DNA from: a virus
Virus record (IMG/VR): IMGVR_UViG_3300043403_000051
Span: 1-64,000 of that record
Reading direction: 5' to 3' (one strand)
Length of the DNA stretch: 64,000 nucleotides
Made by a program: the position numbers and the translations under genes. Each line of letters starts with the position of its first letter. Position 1 is the first letter of the stretch. This document shows, piece after piece, positions 19,226 to 25,590 of this stretch. The notes below the pieces were generated by a model. The model ran no database searches, had not been told where the DNA came from, and saw nothing but the letters and a program-made list of their open reading frames with translations.

Positions 19226-19299
19226 GGGGCAATAGTTTAAGCGGCTTAAAACAATTGATTTGCAATCAGTAGTTCCGATTTCGAGTATCGGTGGCTCCA
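19226..19299 (+). tRNA. tRNA-Ala(TGC)
   Basis: ATTGA-TTTGCAA-TCAGT, G3:U70 pair. Confidence 0.85.
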
Positions 19300-19313
19300 C
19301 ACAAAGAACAACA

Positions 19314-19793
19314 ATGGACAAATATTTTAAAACTGAGACTGGTAAAATAGTTGATATAATAGAATACACGGCCCAACAAATAAAAGACAATCCCTCTGTT
19401 AAGATATACATAGGTGCTGATAGCCAAGTCTACGGCCCTAAGATTAAGTTTATCTTAGCTATTGTATATAGGGTTGGTAATAGGGGTGGGCACTGTATTC
19501 ATAAGCTTATAAAGACTGAAAGACCACCCAAAGGGATTCCTGATGAAATTCAGGTTAATAACAGGCTTACAGAGGAAGTTTACTTAACTATGGAGCTTGC
19601 CCAATATTTTATTGATAATAGTTCTTTTAAACTGGAGGCAGTTGAATTTGACTTTAATCAAGAGGAAAGTTACCTAAGTAACAAGCTAATAAACTTATCA
19701 ACAGGTTGGGCTAAAGGACTTGGTTTTAAAGCACGTACTAAGCCTGATGAACTGATAGCTTGCAAGTATGCAGACCATCTCGTAAGATTTTAA
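19314..19793 (+). CDS. RNase H-like YkuK (DUF458) family protein
   Basis: IYIGADSQ, GGH, RL.EEV, KPD..IA...AD; start MDKYFK. Confidence 0.75.
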   Translation: MDKYFKTETGKIVDIIEYTAQQIKDNPSVKIYIGADSQVYGPKIKFILAIVYRVGNRGGHCIHKLIKTERPPKGIPDEIQVNNRLTEEVYLTMELAQYFIDNSSFKLEAVEFDFNQEESYLSNKLINLSTGWAKGLGFKARTKPDELIACKYADHLVRF

Positions 19794-19795
19794 TT

Positions 19796-20392
19796 ATGAT
19801 TGTAATATATAAAATAGAAAATCCAAAAGGTAAAGTTTATATTGGTCAAACCAAAAGACTTATTCAAAGAAAGTCTGCTTACAAAAATTTAAGATGTAAG
19901 AAACAAAGAAAACTTTATAGTTCTTTAAATAAATATGGTTGGGAAAATCATACACTTTGTGTTTTACATGAGTTACCTGATGATATAGAGCAAAGAGTAG
20001 TAGATGATTATGAAATTTTTTACTATGAACAATTTATTGCTTGTGGATTTGAAATGCTAAACCTAAAAACATGCGGAAACGGCGGAGGATTACACTCGGA
20101 GGAAACAAAGAGATTGATAGGAAAACAAAGTAAGGAAAGATTTAAAGCTAAATCTGGAATGAAAATAGCTCAGGTAAATCTTAATTTGGAAATTATTAAT
20201 TTTTGGGAGAACGGTTATACACTACAACAAGAAAGAAAGTATTACAATATATCAAGAAAATGCAGAGAATTTCCAAGTATAGCTTATGGATATTTTTGGT
20301 TATACGAAAAAGATTTACATAAATTAACGCAAATAGACAAGCTTAAAATAAAAAAAGACGGGAATGGTGTTTATAGTTATTTCAAAATGTAA
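19796..20392 (+). CDS. GIY-YIG homing endonuclease with NUMOD-type C-terminus
   Basis: VIYKIEN..KVYIGQT, LN...GG, HSEETKRLIG, AYGYFW. Confidence 0.85.
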   Translation: MIVIYKIENPKGKVYIGQTKRLIQRKSAYKNLRCKKQRKLYSSLNKYGWENHTLCVLHELPDDIEQRVVDDYEIFYYEQFIACGFEMLNLKTCGNGGGLHSEETKRLIGKQSKERFKAKSGMKIAQVNLNLEIINFWENGYTLQQERKYYNISRKCREFPSIAYGYFWLYEKDLHKLTQIDKLKIKKDGNGVYSYFKM

Positions 20393-20431
20393 TAATCTCT
20401 GTAGAGTTTAGTAATTCATTAACATTATTTA

Positions 20432-20463
20432 TTTGGTAGATTAAAAAAAGATTTATACCTTTG
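20432..20463 (+). promoter_or_regulatory. promoter of tRNA operon 2
   Basis: TTTGGTAG...TACCTTTG with 20-nt spacing. Confidence 0.8.
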
Positions 20464-20469
20464 TATCCC

Positions 20470-20547
20470 ATGAAGAATTTCAACACATATTATAGTCTCT
20501 CATTGTTATCCAGCCTAACGGGTCGGGAGCTAAAGGTATGGGTATAA
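20470..20547 (+). CDS. attenuator leader peptide 2, MKNFNTYYSLSLLSSLTGRELKVWV
   Basis: YYSLSLLSSL run upstream of Leu/Leu/Ser/Ser/Tyr tRNAs. Confidence 0.85.
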   Translation: MKNFNTYYSLSLLSSLTGRELKVWV

Positions 20548-20576
20548 TAAAGATAAACTCTTAAATCAAAACATAT

Positions 20577-20604
20577 AAAAAAGCTCCCTATTGGGGGCTT
20601 TTTT
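20577..20604 (+). terminator. attenuator terminator 2
   Basis: AAGCTCCC-TATT-GGGGGCTT followed by TTTT. Confidence 0.85.
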
Positions 20605-20611
20605 AGTTTAT

Positions 20612-20684
20612 GGCTCTATGACGTAATTGGAAACCGTCTTGGCTTTAGAACCCAAGTTTCCGAGTTCGAGTCTCGGTAGAGCTA
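20612..20684 (+). tRNA. tRNA-Leu(TAG), short variable loop
   Basis: TTGG..TTTAGAA..CCAA, A73. Confidence 0.8.
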
Positions 20685-20687
20685 CAT

Positions 20688-20760
20688 GCCTTTGTGATGA
20701 AACGGAATACATGTCAGACTTAAAATCTGAATTTTACGGGTTCGACTCCCGTCAGAGGTA
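20688..20760 (+). tRNA. tRNA-Leu(TAA), short variable loop
   Basis: TCAGA-CTTAAAA-TCTGA, A73. Confidence 0.85.
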
Positions 20761-20765
20761 CATTT

Positions 20766-20850
20766 GGAAGCACGTAAAGTTGGCGTACTTATCCGTCTTG
20801 AAAACGGTGAAGAGGTAACACTTGTGCAGGTTCGACCCCTGCTGTTTCCG
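20766..20850 (+). tRNA. tRNA-Ser(TGA)
   Basis: CCGT-CTTGAAA-ACGG, long variable arm, G73. Confidence 0.85.
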
Positions 20851-20853
20851 CAT

Positions 20854-20937
20854 AGAGAGGTGACTGAATGGTAAGGTACTGGTTTGCTAAACCAGGGTCA
20901 GATAAAACTGGAGTGGGTTCGATACCCATCCTCTCTG
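20854..20937 (+). tRNA. tRNA-Ser(GCT)
   Basis: CTGGT-TTGCTAA-ACCAG, long variable arm. Confidence 0.85.
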
Positions 20938-20998
20938 CTAAAGGGTTCCTGTATCAGGCAAAATATAACCCCCGTTGTGGTATAGGAATCGTTTATTT

Positions 20999-21083
20999 GA
21001 GATAGCTGTCGTGATGGAGGAACGGCACTGGTCTGTAAAACCAGCACTATGAAACACAGTAGGTTCGAATCCCACCTATCTCA
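20999..21083 (+). tRNA. tRNA-Tyr(GTA)
   Basis: CTGGT-CTGTAAA-ACCAG, long variable region. Confidence 0.85.
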
Positions 21084-21109
21084 CATTAACAATTAATTTT
21101 AATTATTTA

Positions 21110-21141
21110 TTTGGTAGTTAGATAAAAAGATACTACCTTTG
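21110..21141 (+). promoter_or_regulatory. promoter of tRNA operon 3
   Basis: TTTGGTAG...TACCTTTG with 20-nt spacing. Confidence 0.8.
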
Positions 21142-21145
21142 CTTT

Positions 21146-21226
21146 ATGAATGTAACACGTACACATACGCAACAGTTTTGGTTCCCTACAAGGGCTGGGC
21201 TTGGTATGTGTGATAATAGAGGATAA
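21146..21226 (+). CDS. attenuator leader peptide 3, MNVTRTHTQQFWFPTRAGLGMCDNRG
   Basis: TRTHTQQFWFPTR run upstream of Pro/Thr/Phe/Gln/His/Arg/Trp tRNAs. Confidence 0.85.
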   Translation: MNVTRTHTQQFWFPTRAGLGMCDNRG

Positions 21227-21250
21227 ATTCCCCCAAACACTCACTCATTG

Positions 21251-21288
21251 AAAAGCCCAGGACATAAAATCCTGGGTTTTTTATTTTT
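21251..21288 (+). terminator. attenuator terminator 3
   Basis: AAAAGCCCAGGA-CATAAAA-TCCTGGGTTTT followed by TTATTTTT. Confidence 0.85.
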
Positions 21289-21291
21289 AAT

Positions 21292-21365
21292 CGGGATGTG
21301 GACTAATGGCAAGTCACTTACTTTGGGAGTAAGGCATCATGGAGGTTCGAGTCCTCTCATCCCGA
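21292..21365 (+). tRNA. tRNA-Pro(TGG)
   Basis: CTTAC-TTTGGGA-GTAAG. Confidence 0.9.
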
Positions 21366-21370
21366 CATTT

Positions 21371-21442
21371 GCCTCGTAAGCATATATGGTGATGCAGCGC
21401 ACTTGTAATGCGCAGAATAGGTTTCGAGTACCTAACTTGGCT
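21371..21442 (+). tRNA. tRNA-Thr(TGT)
   Basis: GCGCA-CTTGTAA-TGCGC. Confidence 0.85.
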
Positions 21443-21449
21443 CAGTAAT

Positions 21450-21521
21450 GGAGATATAGCTCAGTTGGAAGAGCAACGGATTGAAGCCCCGTGAGCACCA
21501 GTTCGACTCTGGTTATCTCCA
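21450..21521 (+). tRNA. tRNA-Phe(GAA)
   Basis: ACGG..TTGAAGC..CCGT, GGAGATA/TATCTCC acceptor. Confidence 0.85.
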
Positions 21522-21528
21522 CATATAT

Positions 21529-21599
21529 TCCCATTTGGCGTAACGGAAGCGTAGGACTCTTTGAAAGTCTTGGAAATTGTTCGATTCAATTAATGGGAG
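21529..21599 (+). tRNA. tRNA-Gln(TTG)
   Basis: GGACT-CTTTGAA-AGTCT. Confidence 0.85.
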
Positions 21600-21604
21600 C
21601 ACAC

Positions 21605-21676
21605 GGGTTTATTGATGTAATGGAAGCATGGCAGTTTGTGAAGCTGCTCGTATGGGTTCGAACCCCATATCTACCC
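21605..21676 (+). tRNA. tRNA-His(GTG)
   Basis: GCAGT-TTGTGAA-GCTGC, G-1:C73. Confidence 0.85.
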
Positions 21677-21681
21677 CTTTT

Positions 21682-21753
21682 ATCCTCTTAGCATAATGGA
21701 AGTGCAGCAAGCTACGAACTTGCGTTGTGTGAGTTCGAGTCTCATGGAGGATT
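21682..21753 (+). tRNA. tRNA-Arg(ACG)
   Basis: GCAAG-CTACGAA-CTTGC. Confidence 0.85.
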
Positions 21754-21765
21754 CTTTTTATAACT

Positions 21766-21835
21766 GCGTATGCCTAAAGGAGTAGTAAGCGGTCTCCAAA
21801 ACCGTGATTTATCAGTTCGAGTCTGGTCATGCGTG
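21766..21835 (+). tRNA. tRNA-Trp(CCA)
   Basis: GCGGT-CTCCAAA-ACCGT; weak D-arm. Confidence 0.8.
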
Positions 21836-21846
21836 CTTAAATAGTA

Positions 21847-21896
21847 TACCCAAGTTAATTATTTGTTAAAAGTAATTGATTTGGGTTATTTTTTTT
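21847..21896 (+). terminator. terminator closing the tRNA region
   Basis: ACCCAAGTTAATTA/TAATTGATTTGGGT stem followed by a T-tract. Confidence 0.7.
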
Positions 21897-21925
21897 GGTA
21901 GTGTCATAAATTCTTGTTATTTTTG
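21894..21925 (+). promoter_or_regulatory. promoter of the packaging/virion block
   Basis: TTTGGTAG...TATTTTTG with 20-nt spacing. Confidence 0.7.
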
Positions 21926-21940
21926 TATAAATTAATTACT

Positions 21941-22294
21941 GTGAGCAACCAAATACCTTTTATAAAGATTTCAAAGAACACAGACTCTAAAATAGAGATG
22001 GTTAAAAAGATTGTTTCTATCTATTGTGTGTTGTCTGATATTAAACTTTCTGAAACTGATATTATAGTTGTTTCATATTTCATTCTATATGGAATCAATG
22101 AAAAAACTAAAAAATTAATTATTGATAGCAAACTCCTTAATAGTGATAGTATCAAAAATACAATGTCAAAATTAAGAAAAGCAGGTATAATTAAAAAATC
22201 AGAATTCAGGAGAAAAGAAGATTATCTAAATGAAAACTTAAACATACCAATTAATAAAGTTGTTGGATTAATGATTAAAATAGATAACTCCTAA
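21941..22294 (+). CDS. putative winged-helix DNA-binding protein
   Basis: SIKNTMSKLRKAGIIKK; start uncertain (GTG 21941). Confidence 0.5.
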   Translation: MSNQIPFIKISKNTDSKIEMVKKIVSIYCVLSDIKLSETDIIVVSYFILYGINEKTKKLIIDSKLLNSDSIKNTMSKLRKAGIIKKSEFRRKEDYLNENLNIPINKVVGLMIKIDNS

Positions 22295-22614
22295 TGAAAA
22301 ATATAGATTATGTAACCAAGAAAGTAGCAAAAGAACTACAACTTAATGAAGACATTGTATCGAAAATTTATTATGATTTTTATTGGAAGAATGTAGTATT
22401 TCCAAAAATAAAATCTTTTGAGTATACGGCAATAACATTACCAAAGCTTGGTACATTATATCTATCATACTATAAACTAAGAAAAGAAATAACAGACATA
22501 ATATTTAGACTTAGACGAGTTAGAGATAATGACACACTTACAGATGGAAAAAGAAAACAATTAGATGACCATTATGTAAATTATCTTAGAAAATTATTAT
22601 TACGTAGAAACTAA
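22294..22614 (+). CDS. HU/IHF-like protein
   Basis: KKVAKELQL...AITLPKLGTL; typical position upstream of TerL in crAss-like phages. Confidence 0.5.
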   Translation: MKNIDYVTKKVAKELQLNEDIVSKIYYDFYWKNVVFPKIKSFEYTAITLPKLGTLYLSYYKLRKEITDIIFRLRRVRDNDTLTDGKRKQLDDHYVNYLRKLLLRRN

Positions 22615-22636
22615 TTACTTTTAAAAAAATAATAAA

Positions 22637-22984
22637 ATGTTAAATGCATTAAAAGAATATGTAAAACTTTTACCCACAGCTATTGAAAATATTGATAGTG
22701 TAGCAGAGGGATTATGGAATAAGTTAAATCATGATTCTTTAACAGACCCACAAAAAGAAGAAATCGTAAAAAGAAAACTAATTTGTTTAGAATGCCCGTA
22801 TAATAGTAAGAATGCAAGTGATTTATTTAACTACATATCTTATAGAACAGACGACCATTGTATACATTGTAGCTGTAATATTGACTTAAAAACAGAATGT
22901 TTGTCTTGTAATTGTGGAATAGAAGTTTATAATCAAAACAATCCAACAAAAAAATTATCTCTTAACTGGGAAGCCTACAAATAA
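22637..22984 (+). CDS. Cys-rich zinc-binding protein
   Basis: ICLECP, CIHCSC, CLSCNC. Confidence 0.6.
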   Translation: MLNALKEYVKLLPTAIENIDSVAEGLWNKLNHDSLTDPQKEEIVKRKLICLECPYNSKNASDLFNYISYRTDDHCIHCSCNIDLKTECLSCNCGIEVYNQNNPTKKLSLNWEAYK

Positions 22985-22989
22985 TATAT

Positions 22990-23250
22990 ATGAACGACCA
23001 ACTACAATCAAACAACGCACCGTTTAACAAATACGATGTGAGATTACAAAAACATATTTTGTACCTACTTACGCAATCACTGGAATTATTCCCTCAGTAC
23101 ACAATTGCTCAACACCTTTGTCATATCCTTAGAAAAAAAGGTGATGTAAAAGAACCTTACTTTTGGGATGACTTAACGCTATTAAAAAAAGTAGAACATT
23201 ATTATGATGAATTACAAACTGAATTAGTTAACCAAATAGAAGAAGACTAA
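22990..23250 (+). CDS. hypothetical protein
   Basis: ORF coupled to the next gene (TAATG). Confidence 0.6.
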   Translation: MNDQLQSNNAPFNKYDVRLQKHILYLLTQSLELFPQYTIAQHLCHILRKKGDVKEPYFWDDLTLLKKVEHYYDELQTELVNQIEED

Positions 23251-23516
23251 TGGCCGCAGCAAAAAAAGTGTCTGATAGTTTAATTGCAATTGAGTTATTA
23301 AAATTTGAGAAGAAAATTAATGAGTTCTTTGATTATCTTGATAAATCAAAATTAAACAAAATTGAGGACTTAAAGGAAATTGATACTCAAATAAAAATGA
23401 TTGATGCTTTGACAAGATGGTTACCAATTCTTGAAAAGTTAAGAGAAAATGAAATTTCTAAAAAAATGGAAACTCGTGGTGACCAAGAGGCTGGTGGAGC
23501 TTTTAAAGTATTATAA
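23250..23516 (+). CDS. hypothetical protein, candidate terminase small subunit
   Basis: Helical, directly upstream of and coupled to TerL. Confidence 0.45.
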   Translation: MAAAKKVSDSLIAIELLKFEKKINEFFDYLDKSKLNKIEDLKEIDTQIKMIDALTRWLPILEKLRENEISKKMETRGDQEAGGAFKVL

Positions 23517-25525
23517 TGATTACATCAACAGAATTTCTTAGAAATATAAAACAAACGCCCCCCAAAGATAGTATTGACTATGAGCAATTTTGGCAAAATG
23601 AATTAGCCAAAGTTAAGTATGGTGTAACAATAAACGGAACATATATACACGGATGGCTTTATTGGCATAGCAACCTCTGGAATATTTACATGGATGATTT
23701 AGACCCTGTAAATAATGAGGTTGTTCGTGTTTTACAGAATCCTGATTTACGTGATAATGAATGGATGATTGCAGAAAATTTAAAGTATGCAGAGGATGAG
23801 AAAAAAGGTTTATTTATAATCGGTGCAAGACGACTTGGTAAAACTATGTTTATTGCATCGTATATTGGTAGGTCTGCCACAATATACAAAGGTAGTGACA
23901 ATATTATTGTAGGAAATAATAAGGATGACATTAACAACATTACTGCTGCTTGTGACTTAGGATTAACCAGCATAAATCCATATTTTTACTCACCAAGAGT
24001 AGCGGATGACTGGAAAAAACATGTAAGCTTAGGGGTTAAAGAAAAAAGGACAAATGTACGTCATATTTTTTCAAACATATATATTAGGAATACAGAAGGG
24101 GGTATTAATACAGAAGTTATTGCGGGTCTTACCCCGAAGGCTCTTGTATTTGATGAAATTGGAAAAGGCCCTTTTTTAGAGTCATTTAACGCCGCTAAAA
24201 AATCTTTTGAATCTCCTTATGGTTGGAGATGTGTTCCTGTTCTGTTGGGGACGGGAGGTGCCTTTGATAAGGGTGCTGATGCGGAGAAGGTATTCTATGA
24301 ACCACAGGTGCATAATTTATTGGCTATTGAGTTGAAAGAGGAGCCTGGTAAAAAAACATCTGTTTTTATAGGTGGTACTTATAGTTTGGAATTTCCAAAA
24401 GTAAAACAATCCCTTTCAGATTTTCTATCTGTAGAAAAAGGAACTATCCTTGATACAATAAATATAGGTGTATCAACCCATGAAGAAAATCGTAGAATAA
24501 TAGAGGAAAAAAGAAAAATAACTGAAAAAAGTTCAGATATAAAAACTCACCTTAAAGAGATTATGTATCTACCTCTTACACCAAAAGAGGCATTCCTAAA
24601 AGATACAGAAAATGATTTCCCTGTTGAAGCTGCTCAAAAACATTTAGAGTATTTACTCTCAAATACGGATTCTACAGGAACTGCTGTATCTTTATATAGA
24701 GATATTGATGGGTCAATCAAACACTCGTTTGAGAATACTAAAAAACCAATATTCGATTATCCCGTTGACAAGAATGTAAGTAAGGATGCTCCTATTATGA
24801 TATATGAGTTTCCTATAAAAAATCCGCCTTACAATCTTTATATTGCGGGGGCTGACCCATATAACCAATCAGAATCATCTTGGTCAGCATCGTTGGGAAC
24901 AGTCTACATCTATAAAAGATTTTACGACCCCCTTGCAGGAACATATCAAAGAAGGATTGTTGCCTCTTATGCAGCAAGACCTAAAACAATGAAGGAGTGG
25001 CATGAGAATGTAGAACTCTTATTAGAGTTTTATAATGCTACGTGTATGCCTGAAAATGAAGGTGGTACATTTATTCAATATTTTGACCAGAAAAATAAAG
25101 GACATTTACTTGCAGATGGCTACAATATGTTAAAGGAAATTAGCCCTAACACATCAATTGTTGGTAGGGTAAAAGGATTACCTGCTACACCTAAAGTAAA
25201 AGGTTACTGGATGAATCTACTTGTACAGTACACATTGGAAGACATAGTTGTAGGCCAAGACCCCGTAACAAAGGAACCAATTAAGAAACTTGGCATATAT
25301 AGAATATCCGACCCTGCTTTATTAAGAGAAATGATTGCATATGATAAAGATGCAAACGTTGACCGTATCGTTGCGTTTGGTCATGCTTTAGCCTATGATG
25401 CATATCTTGAAAAGTATTTTCCTACAGTTGATGTACGACCAGAAAAAGAACAAACTAATAAAAAGAACTTTAAAGTAAGAAGCCCTTTTGCTTTAATTAA
25501 GTCAAATCCTTTCCGCCTCAAATAA
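23516..25525 (+). CDS. terL: terminase large subunit
   Basis: ARRLGKT Walker A, LVFDEIG Walker B, GTGG, AGADPY nuclease motif, NVDR. Confidence 0.92.
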   Translation: MITSTEFLRNIKQTPPKDSIDYEQFWQNELAKVKYGVTINGTYIHGWLYWHSNLWNIYMDDLDPVNNEVVRVLQNPDLRDNEWMIAENLKYAEDEKKGLFIIGARRLGKTMFIASYIGRSATIYKGSDNIIVGNNKDDINNITAACDLGLTSINPYFYSPRVADDWKKHVSLGVKEKRTNVRHIFSNIYIRNTEGGINTEVIAGLTPKALVFDEIGKGPFLESFNAAKKSFESPYGWRCVPVLLGTGGAFDKGADAEKVFYEPQVHNLLAIELKEEPGKKTSVFIGGTYSLEFPKVKQSLSDFLSVEKGTILDTINIGVSTHEENRRIIEEKRKITEKSSDIKTHLKEIMYLPLTPKEAFLKDTENDFPVEAAQKHLEYLLSNTDSTGTAVSLYRDIDGSIKHSFENTKKPIFDYPVDKNVSKDAPIMIYEFPIKNPPYNLYIAGADPYNQSESSWSASLGTVYIYKRFYDPLAGTYQRRIVASYAARPKTMKEWHENVELLLEFYNATCMPENEGGTFIQYFDQKNKGHLLADGYNMLKEISPNTSIVGRVKGLPATPKVKGYWMNLLVQYTLEDIVVGQDPVTKEPIKKLGIYRISDPALLREMIAYDKDANVDRIVAFGHALAYDAYLEKYFPTVDVRPEKEQTNKKNFKVRSPFALIKSNPFRLK

Positions 25526-25590
25526 CTTATTTTAGTTACTTAATGAGGAATTTTAACAAAATTCATTTACTTTTACATAAATTCTAATAA

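Noticed and set aside
17546-21290. T-box riboswitches as the explanation for terminators ahead of the tRNAs
   Set aside because: No T-box consensus or stem I is visible; the leaders are short and contain ORFs with matched codons.
18293-21691. ORFs 18293-18640, 18540-18770, 19217-19411, 20627-20818 and 21491-21691
   Set aside because: They overlap clear tRNA genes and are chance open frames.
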